Source: Desulfatiglandales bacterium (GTDB lineage Bacteria > Desulfobacterota > DSM-4660 > Desulfatiglandales > Desulfatiglandaceae). From it: DNA of 64,000 nt. Shown here piece by piece: positions 9,322-19,828 of this stretch. Numbering within the stretch: the first letter of the stretch is position 1; every line of letters begins with the position of its first letter. The DNA lies in the NCBI GenBank assembly GCA_963666345.1, contig OY762721.1, positions 128,001-192,000 on the forward strand, written 5' to 3'. The translations under genes were made by a program, and so were the position numbers. A model generated the notes under the pieces. It was not told where the DNA came from. It made no database searches and saw nothing but the letters and a program-made list of their open reading frames with translations.

Positions 9322-10596
9322 CTAACCCTTCAAAAGGCGGGGCAGAAACAGGCTGAGACCCGGCCAGTAAGTTATCACGATAAGGGCTGCAATAAGTAGA
9401 ATCAGGAAGGGTATTGTCGCCCTGTACAGCTGAAGCACAGGCCTTTGGAATCTTGAACTTGCGATAAAGAGATTCAGCCCCACAGGAGGTGTATTATATC
9501 CTATACCCAAATTCGCCAGAAACAGTACCCCGAGATGGACCGGATCTATGCCGAAACGACTGGCAACTGGAACTATCAGGGGTACGACAACCAGTATGGC
9601 ACTGAAGATGTCCATCATGCATCCAACCAGGATAAGAAAAACATTCAAGACAAGGAGAAAACCTATCTTTGTGGTTACAACACCTTCCATTAACTTCAAT
9701 ATCTTCATCGGGATAAAGGCGTCCACCATGTAATTGGTAAGGCCTAAAGCCGCTCCCAGTATTATCAAAATTCCGCCCGTCATCTTGGTGCTTTCCTTCA
9801 TTATTCGCGGAAGATCCCTTGAAAAGGATATTTCACGAAAAATGAGCAGCTTTATGAAAAGCACATATACTACCGTCAGGGCGGCCGCCTCGGTGGCAGT
9901 GCAGAAGCCTGTGTATATACCTGCAATTATTAGAAGGGGAATAGGCGTTTCCCATGCCGAACCTTTCAGAGAACTGGAAAACTCCCTCACAGAGAAACTG
10001 GGCCTTTCGATTTTCCATCTTCTACCCATATAAACGGAAAACATGCAGAGGACCCCTATCATAAGTGTCCCTGGCAAAAGACCGGCGACAAACAGATCCT
10101 TTATGCTCGTGCCTGAAACAAAACCGTATAAAATTACGGGCAGACTTGGTGGAAAATGCAGCCCGAGGCTGCCGGAGGAGGTCATAAGGCCCAGGGAAAA
10201 GTCCTCACTGTAGCCTTCTGAAATCAGAGAGGGGAACAGCAGGCCTCCAAGCGCTATTATGGTTACTCCGGTTGCCCCTGTTATAGCCGTAAAAAAGGCA
10301 CAGGAAACAAGTGCAACGATTCCGAACCCACCGGGTATCCAACCAAAGAGACTCTTTGAAAACCTGACCAGTCGCTTTGAGGTACCCCCCTCGGATAAAA
10401 GATAGCCTGCGAATGTAAAAAGAGGAACCGCCAGGAGGACAGGGGAGTTTGCAAGACGGCAGAGCTCAATCGGGATAGCGGCAAAATCGATATTGCTGGT
10501 GGTGAGACCCAGCATCGTTGCTGCCAGGATAGCTATGAAAAGCGGCAGCCCGAAAAGAGTCAGGGCTATGAGAATTAAGGCAGAAGCAGTGATCAT
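9322..10596 (-). CDS. dctM: TRAP transporter large permease DctM
   Basis: LLAVPLFTFAG, SGSLGLHFPPS, TATEAA, GIDPVHLG...TPPVGLNLF. Confidence 0.93.
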   Translation of the reverse strand: MITASALILIALTLFGLPLFIAILAATMLGLTTSNIDFAAIPIELCRLANSPVLLAVPLFTFAGYLLSEGGTSKRLVRFSKSLFGWIPGGFGIVALVSCAFFTAITGATGVTIIALGGLLFPSLISEGYSEDFSLGLMTSSGSLGLHFPPSLPVILYGFVSGTSIKDLFVAGLLPGTLMIGVLCMFSVYMGRRWKIERPSFSVREFSSSLKGSAWETPIPLLIIAGIYTGFCTATEAAALTVVYVLFIKLLIFREISFSRDLPRIMKESTKMTGGILIILGAALGLTNYMVDAFIPMKILKLMEGVVTTKIGFLLVLNVFLILVGCMMDIFSAILVVVPLIVPVASRFGIDPVHLGVLFLANLGIGYNTPPVGLNLFIASSRFQRPVLQLYRATIPFLILLIAALIVITYWPGLSLFLPRLLKG

Positions 10597-11159
10597 CGCC
10601 TGATTTCCTTCGTAAGTTCTATGGCGCTATTTGCGCCCATAATGACAAAACGGAAAAGGATTGAGCCGAACCCTACAGGAAGTATTATCTGCCCTATCCA
10701 TGAAGGAATATTTAAAAACAGCTCCCCTCCAAATTCCATTTCAAGAAATATGTAACCTATGCAAACCTTCAGCATTACGACGCAAATAACTATACAGAAA
10801 AGGCTTATAACCATTTCCCTAAAGGAATTCCATTTACCTTTTTTGGATGCGGAAAAAAGATCTATCTTTATATGCCCGTTATCGGAGGTAAGGAGTGAGG
10901 CTCCGACAAAGGAAAGCCATAGCACAAGAAGCCTCACAAGTGTGTCTGACCATTCCATATTGCCCATTAGGATGTTTGCCCATTTTATATGCAGGTGTGT
11001 GTAGATGGCACGGAGCATAATCCGGCAAAAGGTGAAGAAAACCATCATCCCCAGCATTACGTAAACAAGCCACCCCTCAATAGATTGAAACAGCCTGTCG
11101 GCAGCCCGGAGCCTTCTGGTTATTTCATTTACTGTCAGCCCATCTATCTCACTGGTCAC
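10593..11159 (-). CDS. dctQ: TRAP transporter small permease DctQ (start uncertain; GTG 11159 chosen)
   Basis: Four TM segments, 'GHIKID' motif; lies between dctP and dctM. Confidence 0.85.
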   Translation of the reverse strand: MTSEIDGLTVNEITRRLRAADRLFQSIEGWLVYVMLGMMVFFTFCRIMLRAIYTHLHIKWANILMGNMEWSDTLVRLLVLWLSFVGASLLTSDNGHIKIDLFSASKKGKWNSFREMVISLFCIVICVVMLKVCIGYIFLEMEFGGELFLNIPSWIGQIILPVGFGSILFRFVIMGANSAIELTKEIRR

Positions 11160-12225
11160 AATAGCCGGAGGCCTCTGTTCTAGGTCGATCAAGTATATTA
11201 TAAACGCGTTCAAGAAGACTTTTCGGGAAAAACCTTTCTGAAAGATCCGACGCCACCATTTTATGTAGATCAAAAAACCTCTGAAGCTCTTTGCCTTTCG
11301 GTTTAGGTGTGACAATAAAGTCTTTTTGCTTGATCAATTCGATGATCTCCCTTGTCTGAGTCCTAAGCTCCGAGGTGAGTCGAGCCATGGCAGAATCGAA
11401 TCCCTGTTTAAGCATAGGCTTAAGCTCTTCAGGCAGTCGGCTGAAGAATCTGGAGGATAGAAGCACCGCACCGGTCGAATGGGATAGTGGGAGGGCCATC
11501 ATAAATTTCATCTGGCAATGCCACTGAAGGGCGATTGCACCCAGTGGAGGGGCATAAACCGTGTCCACCATGCCTCTGTTTATTGCCGTGGTTACGTCGG
11601 TGATTGCCAGAAAAATGGGATTTATGCCCATCGAGTTGAAGGTCGCCTTTGCTACCGGATCATTTGACCATGCCCATACCTTACGTTTAGAAAGGTCTTC
11701 GACCCTGTCAATCCTTTTTTTGGAAAAGAGGTGCACGTCCCCGACCTCCGCCCATGAAAGGAGTTCAAATCCTTTTTCTCGAAATTGCTTTTCAAAAAAA
11801 GGGCGCAAGGCCTTTTGCAATCGGTCGATTTCCTCGTCACTCCTGGTAAGAAACGGCAGGTCAAGCACTCTGACCAACGGCAAAACTCTTCCGAATCCTA
11901 CTCCCGAAAACGCGGCACAGTTCAATTGACCGATTCTGATTTTTTTGAGGACATCAAGTTCATCTCCTGCTATGCCTCCGGCGTATATCCTGAATCCCAG
12001 TCTGTTGTCGCTCTTTGACCTTAAGTCCTTGTCAAGCAATTTCATATGTCTGATCCAGGTCGACCCATCAGGAGCTACGGTTGCAAACTTTATGAGATAT
12101 TGGGGGTTGGCCTCTGATTTCTCAGGGAACAACAAATAAAGAAAAACCGTCATTAATATTAGGATTGAACCGAATGATATTGTTCCTTTTCTGATCAAGA
12201 CATTCCTCCTAATAAAAAAGCTCAT
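11149..12225 (-). CDS. dctP: TRAP substrate-binding protein DctP (TatP-type)
   Basis: IKFATVAPDGSTW, KIRIGQL, LDLPFL motifs; signal/TM segment near the N-terminus. Confidence 0.9.
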   Translation of the reverse strand: MSFFIRRNVLIRKGTISFGSILILMTVFLYLLFPEKSEANPQYLIKFATVAPDGSTWIRHMKLLDKDLRSKSDNRLGFRIYAGGIAGDELDVLKKIRIGQLNCAAFSGVGFGRVLPLVRVLDLPFLTRSDEEIDRLQKALRPFFEKQFREKGFELLSWAEVGDVHLFSKKRIDRVEDLSKRKVWAWSNDPVAKATFNSMGINPIFLAITDVTTAINRGMVDTVYAPPLGAIALQWHCQMKFMMALPLSHSTGAVLLSSRFFSRLPEELKPMLKQGFDSAMARLTSELRTQTREIIELIKQKDFIVTPKPKGKELQRFFDLHKMVASDLSERFFPKSLLERVYNILDRPRTEASGYCDQ

Positions 12226-13087
12226 CCGTTATTTGTCTAAGCCTCAAAATCCTCTTCTGTATCATCGCGTTTAGGATGCAGGCATCTTTTATCTCTGACG
12301 GGTCTTTTTGTGTTACCTCGTCAATCAGATTTAAAAACAGCGTCTTATCCTGGATTCTTACTGCGTAGTACCTGGCATAGTAATAGTGAGCGAGAAAAAA
12401 TTTTCTATGGCTCTGTGAAAGAGCCTCTTCAAAGTAGGACTTCGCTCGGTCAGGGTCGCCTCCCAGAAGAGGGGGTTTTGCGGCAAACATTGTGCCGGCA
12501 ATGATCCTCGGGGTTGAATGGAAATGGGACGGGTCAATATCCAAAACCTTCTTAAGGAGCAATTCGGCCACAGGGATTTGAACCAGTGCCCTTGGATTGT
12601 CAAGATTTAGGTTTACCCAGCAATTCCACGCTAGAGAGGTCCAGAAAATGGTGTCCAACTCGTCCCCTGAGAGATATCTGGATTTTCTTTTTATTTCAGA
12701 TAATATGATGTCATCCTTATCAGAGAAAACACCAGGGCCAAAGAGTGCCGTCAGACCATAATTCCTTGCCCTGACATAGATAGAGGAAATCCTGGAACAT
12801 TCCTTTTCCTCGTCGCAAAAGAGCATTCCGTAGCCGGTAAAGCCCATGCATAGGCCCTTTAAGACATCTCTGTTACCGGGATCTTGTTTTAAAATACCCT
12901 CGAGCAGCTTCAGGTTTGAAGGAAGTGACTGCCTTGCAAGTTCAAGGTCGCATTCCTCAAAAAAGGACCCTGTTATATTATGGATAAGGGATGAAGAAGA
13001 TCTGATGGCAAGTCTAGTACACCCCCCATGGATAATGGCGATTAGGAAAATGGGAAGCATTGCTTTGGATATTAGCTTACTACGCAT
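12209..13087 (-). CDS. tatT: TatT-family (TPAT) lipoprotein associated with a TRAP transporter
   Basis: Lipobox-like IHGGC; 'EECDLELARQSLPSNLKLLE', 'PPLLGGDPDRAK', 'YARYYA' motifs; AGGAGG RBS; directly upstream of dctP. Confidence 0.85.
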   Translation of the reverse strand: MRSKLISKAMLPIFLIAIIHGGCTRLAIRSSSSLIHNITGSFFEECDLELARQSLPSNLKLLEGILKQDPGNRDVLKGLCMGFTGYGMLFCDEEKECSRISSIYVRARNYGLTALFGPGVFSDKDDIILSEIKRKSRYLSGDELDTIFWTSLAWNCWVNLNLDNPRALVQIPVAELLLKKVLDIDPSHFHSTPRIIAGTMFAAKPPLLGGDPDRAKSYFEEALSQSHRKFFLAHYYYARYYAVRIQDKTLFLNLIDEVTQKDPSEIKDACILNAMIQKRILRLRQITDELFY

Positions 13088-13275
13088 TTATTGCCTCCTG
13101 ATCTACGCCTGCCTGGGTGAGGTATCAGCCCCGGGCTTGTTCAACCCGGGAAAGATGACTCAAGGACTCTATCGGTTCGCACCGGTGCAATTAAAAATGG
13201 CCTCCTTTTTTTTAGAACCATTTAAGACCAACCGATAAGTGGACGGGACGAAACCATCAGCAGAACACAGTGAAT

Positions 13276-14577
13276 CTAGTAGCCTATGAAGGGGTCGTAT
13301 TTTTCAGGCCTTTTTTCCAGCAGTTTTTTCGCCAGAAACTGGGCACCGGCTCCGTTTTCCATATCCGCCACCTGCCTGTAATAATCACAGGCCCTATCCC
13401 TTTTACCTTCAAAATCAAATGACATGCCTATCTTTATGATAGGCCATGCGATCATCAAAGGATCGTTTTCAGGGTCGCTCTCATCCAGGATTGAATATAG
13501 TTTGGCTCTGGCCTTCCGGTAGGAACCGGAGAAGAGATCCTCTATCGACTCCAGGTAAAGTGCACGTTTCAGCCATGGTAATGATTTATACCGTGCAGTC
13601 TCCTCTTTGCCTCTGTCCCGGAAATAAGAGACGACCTCTCGGTAGCCTTTCCTTTCCCCGATACGCAACAGCGTGACTCCTTTAAGGACCTGATATCTGA
13701 GGTTTTCAGGATATCTGTCCGAAAGAAAATTGGCAAGCACAAGAGCCTTTTGCAGGTCTTCTTCGAGAAAAAGATAGATGTGGAGCAATACGCTTTTTGC
13801 CTCTGTTCTGCAATAGCGCGCCTTGGCGGCGGCGATATTTAGTTCCTTTAACCCCTCTTCTTTTCCGCCCTTCCTTATAAGCAGGTATGAAATAAACTTT
13901 AATACACCTGAAAGCCTTGCAGTGTAATAATCAAACATACCTAACCCCAGAAGGACATCGCTGTCTGAAGGATCCATGGACCGGCAGGTCTTTAAGGCCT
14001 CAACCGCGTCTAGGGCAAGGAAAAAGGCGGAAATCCATTTACCCTTCATCAATTCAAGGCGGCCTTTGAAACCGAGGGCGCCTCCCAGGTAGAGGTAATC
14101 ATGCTTGTCGCCGCCGCTTACCTCTATTCGAGATTTTGCTATATCGATTGTCTTGCCTATGCGTTTTTCATATTCTGCCGAGTTTTGCTTTGTCCAGAAA
14201 CCGTTTGCCATACGGGACCAACTGACCATGGACAAGTAGAAATAGCCGATCGGACTTTCGGGGAGGACCTCTATCGTATTTCTAAAGACAGCATCCGCCT
14301 TAACGAATTCCATATTGTAAAGGCCGTCGATCCCAATTTGTATATCTTCCCTTTCAGATAATCTATCGGGCCGATCGTTGCCTTCCGAGGCCATGCTGCG
14401 TTGCATCAAAAAGAAAATTATGGTGAATGATATAAGAAAAGTTAGTATAAACGTCCAAGGCACATGGGAAACCTGAATGCTCGAAGAATAGTTCGGCCTC
14501 ATCGTTTGCTTTTTATCAATCCTTGGAATATCTGGCCTTATCCCCGGCACAGGGAACCTCCTGGAAAATTTTATCAA
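13276..14577 (-). CDS. Exported or membrane-anchored TPR-like protein (true start probably further downstream)
   Basis: N-terminal hydrophobic segment followed by helical repeats with TPR-like A/Y/G spacing. Confidence 0.7.
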   Translation of the reverse strand: MIKFSRRFPVPGIRPDIPRIDKKQTMRPNYSSSIQVSHVPWTFILTFLISFTIIFFLMQRSMASEGNDRPDRLSEREDIQIGIDGLYNMEFVKADAVFRNTIEVLPESPIGYFYLSMVSWSRMANGFWTKQNSAEYEKRIGKTIDIAKSRIEVSGGDKHDYLYLGGALGFKGRLELMKGKWISAFFLALDAVEALKTCRSMDPSDSDVLLGLGMFDYYTARLSGVLKFISYLLIRKGGKEEGLKELNIAAAKARYCRTEAKSVLLHIYLFLEEDLQKALVLANFLSDRYPENLRYQVLKGVTLLRIGERKGYREVVSYFRDRGKEETARYKSLPWLKRALYLESIEDLFSGSYRKARAKLYSILDESDPENDPLMIAWPIIKIGMSFDFEGKRDRACDYYRQVADMENGAGAQFLAKKLLEKRPEKYDPFIGY

Positions 14578-14867
14578 AAACCAGATAAGTTGATTTTCTA
14601 AATTTTTTACTTAATTTATAACGCTACAAAAAGGGCCGGTTTTAGGCAAGAAAGAATTCGAGCCCATACGAATAGATGTTTGAGTAAAAAGCTAACTCGA
14701 AGAATTTGTTGCTATTTTATCAAAATATGTTATGCTGTTTGATTATTGTTGTTTCTAACTTTCCTTTTGTACGAGGTTCTGATTTATCTTTTTTGTTTTT
14801 AGATAATATATGGAAAAATTTTGTTTGTATAGAATATTGCATATAAACAACCGGGGGACAGTAAAAC

Positions 14868-15761
14868 ATGAAAATATTGATAGTTGGCGGAACAGGGATG
14901 CTGGGAAGTGACTGCATGGAAATATTCAGTAGAGACTGTGAAGTTATCGCTCCAACCAGCAGTGAGATGGATATAATAAGCTGGGACGGGGTAATAGAAA
15001 CACTTCAGGATCTTACACCTGAAGTCGTTTTGAACTGCGCGGGATTTAATGATGTAGATGCATGCGAAACAGAGGATTTCAAGGTAAAGAAGCTGAATGT
15101 GGAAGGACCCAGGAACCTTGCCCAATGCTCAGCCAGATTTGAGTGCAGGCTTGTGCATATCTCCAGCGATTATGTTTTTGATGGTCAGAAGATGCTTCCA
15201 CAACCATATTTTGAAGATGACTTTACTAATCCTGTTTCAGCATATGGCAAAAGCAAGAGAGACAGTGAAGTAGCAGTAAGAGACAACTCTCCCAATTATA
15301 TGTTGGTGCGAACCTCGTGGCTTTACGGAAAAAACGGGAAAAACTTCATAAAGTCTATAGTTTCAAAAGCCGTCAATGAAAAAAACAACGTCTTAAAGGT
15401 CGTCAATGATCAGTTCGGGGCACCTACCTGGACCTATCGTCTGGCTCTACAGATAAAGGAAATGTTGCTGCGTGACTGCAGGGGCACATACCATGCCACA
15501 TCGGAAGGCTTTTGCAGTTTCTATGACTATGCCAAGCATATCCTTGATAAACTGAATATTAAGGCAGTTGTCGAACCATGCAAGATGAAAGACCTGGACA
15601 GGCCAGCAGCAAGACCTGCAAACTGCATCCTAGAAAACCGGCGGCTAAAAAAACGTGGGATAAATATGCTTCCCGACTGGAAGGAAGATCTTGATGAATT
15701 TTTGAAAAAGTGGGGAGAAAATATCATAAAAGAAGCGGAATCTCAAAAATACCGAAAATAA
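14868..15761 (+). CDS. rfbD: dTDP-4-dehydrorhamnose reductase
   Basis: GGTGMLG, HISSDYVFDG, YGKSK, DQFGAPT, PAARP. Confidence 0.92.
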   Translation: MKILIVGGTGMLGSDCMEIFSRDCEVIAPTSSEMDIISWDGVIETLQDLTPEVVLNCAGFNDVDACETEDFKVKKLNVEGPRNLAQCSARFECRLVHISSDYVFDGQKMLPQPYFEDDFTNPVSAYGKSKRDSEVAVRDNSPNYMLVRTSWLYGKNGKNFIKSIVSKAVNEKNNVLKVVNDQFGAPTWTYRLALQIKEMLLRDCRGTYHATSEGFCSFYDYAKHILDKLNIKAVVEPCKMKDLDRPAARPANCILENRRLKKRGINMLPDWKEDLDEFLKKWGENIIKEAESQKYRK

Positions 15762-15776
15762 TTCAAGAGCAAGGGC

Positions 15777-16190
15777 ATGCGCATACTATTAATAATAATA
15801 GCCCTAGCCTATGTAATAAGCCCCTATGACCTGGTCCCCGATTTTTTTCTCGGCCCCGGATGGATTGACGACCTGCTATTGGTGGCAGGTCTTTGGTGGT
15901 ATATAGGCAGATTAAAAAAAACCGTTCGCTTCAAAACGGAGAATCAAGACTCATCCCACAGCTCTTTTGAAGCTGGGGTTGGTTACCGCGCTTCCCCCAC
16001 CCTCTCTCCGTATGAGATCCTGGGTGTTGATAAAAACGCCACACAGGAGCAGATAAAAATCGCATACAGGAGCCTAGCAGAGAAGTATCATCCGGACAAG
16101 GTCAACCACCTGGGGGATGAGTTCAAGGATCTTGCCGAGATACGCTTTAAGGAAATACAGAATGCCTATCAGGAACTCAAGATCAGATAG
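15777..16190 (+). CDS. DUF1232 membrane domain fused to a C-terminal J-domain
   Basis: [13 protein letters not shown] (DUF1232); PYEILGV...YHPDK...F.EIQNAY (J-domain with HPD). Confidence 0.85.
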   Translation: MRILLIIIALAYVISPYDLVPDFFLGPGWIDDLLLVAGLWWYIGRLKKTVRFKTENQDSSHSSFEAGVGYRASPTLSPYEILGVDKNATQEQIKIAYRSLAEKYHPDKVNHLGDEFKDLAEIRFKEIQNAYQELKIR

Positions 16191-18099
16191 AGCGACCTAG
16201 GACAGCCCCTTCATAGATGGCGGCCTTCGCGCTCCTCGGCTTAAGGCAGTCTCCTATCTGATGGATTTCAATTCCCAGCCCTGAAACCTTGTCATACAGC
16301 CTACTGTCCGGTTTGCTGCCAGCTGCAAAAACAACCACGTCAGCTTCGATAAATACCTCATTCTTACTCCTGTCAACGGCAATCACACCATCTTCTTCAA
16401 ACCTTAAGGGCGAATAACCGGTCAGCAGGGCAGCCCCATACTCCTTTATCTTTCTTAAAAGGACCTTCTTGGTCATGCTTTCAAGCCCCCTGCCGATGTT
16501 CGGGAGCATTTCAATTACTGAAACCGTACTTCCATGTTCACAGAGATGAAGGGCCACTTCACAGCCGGTGGCGCCCCCGCCTATTATGACGCTTTTCCTG
16601 GCAGGAGGACTGTCTCCATTCAATATTTCGTTAAATGTTGCGACATGAATTCTGTCGAGGCCTTCGACGCTTGGAATATAGGGGACCGACCCGGTGGCCA
16701 GGATCAGCGCATCGGGATCGAAATCTCTTATTACGTTCTCATCGACCTCTTGTCCAAAATGACAGGTCACTTCATATCTGTTTATCTGAGTCTTTTGAAA
16801 TCTGATCAGGTTCAGGAGTTCTTTCTTATATGTGGTGGCACTGCCTATTATAAGCTGTCCACCCAATTTTGACTGTCTTTCAAACAGATGGACTTCATGG
16901 CCCCGGCTTGCTGCAACCCAGGCGACATTAAGGCCCCCCGGCCCCCCACCTACGACCATGATCTTCTTGGAAACGGCAGCCGGTCTTATTGTCATTTCCT
17001 GCTCTCTTCCCAGACTGGGATTCACAAGGCATTCAACGCGACCCTTGCGAAAGATTGACTCCATACAGGTGTTGCAGGCAATGCACATCCTGATGTCGCC
17101 AAAGCGTCCCGCTTTCGCCTTTACAGGCAGCTCGGGGTCGGCAAGCAGGCCCCTTCCGATACAGACGAGATCAGCTTTCCCTTTCGCTATTATATCCTCG
17201 GCAACAATGGGATCATTGATCCTGCCGACCGCCATCACAGGTGTGCCCAATGCCCTCCTTATCCTCTCAGCCGAATCTGCCAGACAGGCCTTTTTCATAA
17301 ACATGGGCTGGCTTATCCACTCAGGTGTAGCGTCGTTTCCGGCCGAAACCTGAACTATATCAACCCCTTCATCCACTAGGATCTTTAGGATTTCTATGCT
17401 CTGCTCGACATCAAGGCCGTTTTCAACGAATTCCTGGGCACTTATCTTGAAGGAAAGCGGAAAATCAGCACCCAGACGCCTTTTTATTTCTATCACTATC
17501 TCCTTTGCAAAACGGGTTCGCCCGGCAATGTCTCCCCCGTATTCATCCTCCCTGATATTGGAAAAACCTGAAAGAAACTGGTTTACAAGATACCCGTGAG
17601 CCCCATGTATCTCTACCAGTTCAAAGCCGGCATCACGCGCCCTAACAGCTGCCTTTCCAAACTTTTTGACAAGATCTTTAATCTTTTCTATGGACAGCGG
17701 CTCAACCGCTCCTCTGATGGAGGGACAGCGAAGAGGGGAGGGCGCCAGAGGTTTTTGTTTGATTACCCTGGAGGAAGTCTGCCTGCCCCCGTGATGAATC
17801 TGAATGCCGGGCACGCAGCCTTCTAACCTCATAGCCTGTGCTATTTTTGACAAGCCTTCCATGAATCGGTCGTCATCAATCCTTGCCTGATGGGGTGATA
17901 CCACACCCTCTGGAGAAACAGAGCATGCCTCTACAATGACCATTGCAGGTCCGCCTGCCGCCCTGCGTCTGTAATGCTCTATGGTGCGTTCGGTAACAGT
18001 TCCGCCGTCCTCAATGAGAAATGAGGCAAGGCCCGGCATAACTATCCTGTTTTTCAGTTTGCAACCTTTTATGTCATACTCTGAAAAAAGATGTCTCAT
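16183..18099 (-). CDS. Old-yellow-enzyme-family NADH:flavin oxidoreductase with Fe-S and FAD domains (2,4-dienoyl-CoA reductase-like)
   Basis: [23 protein letters not shown]...[22 protein letters not shown] at 18099. Confidence 0.92.
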   Translation of the reverse strand: MRHLFSEYDIKGCKLKNRIVMPGLASFLIEDGGTVTERTIEHYRRRAAGGPAMVIVEACSVSPEGVVSPHQARIDDDRFMEGLSKIAQAMRLEGCVPGIQIHHGGRQTSSRVIKQKPLAPSPLRCPSIRGAVEPLSIEKIKDLVKKFGKAAVRARDAGFELVEIHGAHGYLVNQFLSGFSNIREDEYGGDIAGRTRFAKEIVIEIKRRLGADFPLSFKISAQEFVENGLDVEQSIEILKILVDEGVDIVQVSAGNDATPEWISQPMFMKKACLADSAERIRRALGTPVMAVGRINDPIVAEDIIAKGKADLVCIGRGLLADPELPVKAKAGRFGDIRMCIACNTCMESIFRKGRVECLVNPSLGREQEMTIRPAAVSKKIMVVGGGPGGLNVAWVAASRGHEVHLFERQSKLGGQLIIGSATTYKKELLNLIRFQKTQINRYEVTCHFGQEVDENVIRDFDPDALILATGSVPYIPSVEGLDRIHVATFNEILNGDSPPARKSVIIGGGATGCEVALHLCEHGSTVSVIEMLPNIGRGLESMTKKVLLRKIKEYGAALLTGYSPLRFEEDGVIAVDRSKNEVFIEADVVVFAAGSKPDSRLYDKVSGLGIEIHQIGDCLKPRSAKAAIYEGAVLGRSI

Positions 18100-18134
18100 G
18101 ATTAGAAATACCCTGTTTTTATTGTTGGCAAAAA

Positions 18135-18163
18135 AATATAAAAATGTGAACAATCTTTGTCAA
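18135..18163 (-). promoter_or_regulatory. Putative sigma70 promoter TTGACA-N17-TATATT for the OYE gene
   Basis: Near-consensus hexamers with 17-nt spacer, 35 nt upstream of ATG 18099. Confidence 0.6.
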
Positions 18164-18369
18164 TAAAAAAGGTATTCCTCATATGAAATCTAATTTTCGA
18201 TAAATATAAGATAATTGATAATAAAATAGTGATAAATCTAAATGAAACTTTGCTTTAGTATAGGTAGGAAAACAATCAATCAGGGCAGGTTCTATACGCT
18301 GAAGGCGTATGGAGCGACTTGTCTTAGACAGTTTGGCAGGGGTGATGAACAACCGATCTGATCTGGTAA

Positions 18370-19080
18370 TCAAATGCCGAGATAGGCCTCTCTTATTTCA
18401 GGAGAGTCTTTTATCTTTTCAGGCTTTCCCTCCGCCTTTATAATTCCTTCATGCATTATATACACGTAATCGGCCGCGTTCAGAGACGCATCCGCATTCT
18501 GCTCTACAAGAAGTACTGTCAGACCCATTTCCTCTTTCATCTTTGAGATAGTCTCAAAGACCAGGCCTACCAGAAGAGGCGCAAGCCCCTGGCTCGGCTC
18601 ATCAAGCATTATCAGTTTGGGCCGGGTCATCAATGCCCGTCCGATAGTTACCATCTGTTGCTCACCACCACTAAGGAGCCCGGCCATCTGTTTGTGTCTT
18701 TCCTTTAGCCTGGGAAAAAGTCTGTAGACCAGCTCGATGGTCTCATTTTTAAAGTCCCCGGCTTTTTTCAGATATGCGCCCATCATGAGGTTTTCATATA
18801 CGGTCATGTTGGGGAAAAGATGTTTTCCCTCAGGCACAAGTGCCACGCCCATATCCACCTTTTTGTGTGTAGGCAGCTGGGTAACATCCGATCCGTCATA
18901 CAATATAAGCCCTTTCCATGGAGGCACAGCTCCGAAAACCGTGGACAGAAGGGTGCTTTTGCCTGCCCCGTTTGGACCCAGAAGCGATGTTATCGTGCCA
19001 GGTGCCACCTCCAGACTCGGTTTCCACAAAACCTGCATAGGGCCGTAGCCCGACTCCAGATCCTTTACTGAAAGCATCAA
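18370..19080 (-). CDS. livF: Liv-type ABC transporter ATP-binding protein
   Basis: GPNGAGKS, LSGGEQQM, LDEPSQGLAP, LLVEQN. Confidence 0.92.
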   Translation of the reverse strand: MMLSVKDLESGYGPMQVLWKPSLEVAPGTITSLLGPNGAGKSTLLSTVFGAVPPWKGLILYDGSDVTQLPTHKKVDMGVALVPEGKHLFPNMTVYENLMMGAYLKKAGDFKNETIELVYRLFPRLKERHKQMAGLLSGGEQQMVTIGRALMTRPKLIMLDEPSQGLAPLLVGLVFETISKMKEEMGLTVLLVEQNADASLNAADYVYIMHEGIIKAEGKPEKIKDSPEIREAYLGI

Positions 19081-19820
19081 GATTCCTCCGCCTGGCGACC
19101 CAGATAGACTTCCACGACTCGTTTGTCTTCGAGCGCTTCTTTTGTGGGCGCATCGACCAGCTTGGCGCCCTGGTGAAGAACCACCACACGCTGGGCCATT
19201 CCTACCACCGCACGCATGATATGCTCCACCATGGCAACAATGGCGATTTTGTCTTCTTCCGCGATTCTCTTGAGAAATGCGACCATTTGATCGATATCAT
19301 TCGGATGCATGCCGGCCATTGCCTCGTCCATAAGCAGCAACTTGGGATGCATCGCAAGCGACCTGGCTATCTCCATCAGTTTCTTTTCAACCGGCGTAAG
19401 CAGGCCTGCCTCCTTGCCTCTGTGTTCCTGCAGCCCAACCCGTTCAATTATACTGTCTGCCAGTTCAAGGGAGCGGTCAACATTGAGGCTGGATGCCTGT
19501 GTTCCGAACATCGCTCCCACGGCCACATTTTCCCTCACGGTCGCAGAGGCAAAGGGGCGGGAGATCTGAAAGGTCCGCCCGATTCCAAGCGGCGCCCGTT
19601 TGTGTGTGGGCATCCTCGTGATGTCCTGATCTTCAAACAGGACATGGCCGTTTTCCGGGATGTAGACTCCGCTTATAACGTTAAACAGGGTGGTTTTGCC
19701 GCTGCCGTTCGGACCGACTATGCCCAAGAATTCTCCCGCTTCTATATCAAGGCTGACATCATTGACCGCAATCAATCCGCCGAAGCGTTTGGTGACATTC
19801 TGGAGTTTGAGAAGTGTCAT
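19077..19820 (-). CDS. livG: Liv-type ABC transporter ATP-binding protein
   Basis: KRFGGLIAV, GPNGSGKT, GRTFQ, MDEAMAGM, VEHIM. Confidence 0.92.
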   Translation of the reverse strand: MTLLKLQNVTKRFGGLIAVNDVSLDIEAGEFLGIVGPNGSGKTTLFNVISGVYIPENGHVLFEDQDITRMPTHKRAPLGIGRTFQISRPFASATVRENVAVGAMFGTQASSLNVDRSLELADSIIERVGLQEHRGKEAGLLTPVEKKLMEIARSLAMHPKLLLMDEAMAGMHPNDIDQMVAFLKRIAEEDKIAIVAMVEHIMRAVVGMAQRVVVLHQGAKLVDAPTKEALEDKRVVEVYLGRQAEES

Positions 19821-19828
19821 GATTTCAC

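Noticed and set aside
11160..11315. N-terminal extension of dctQ overlapping dctP
   Set aside because: An upstream-start artefact; the DctQ-like sequence begins near the dctP stop.
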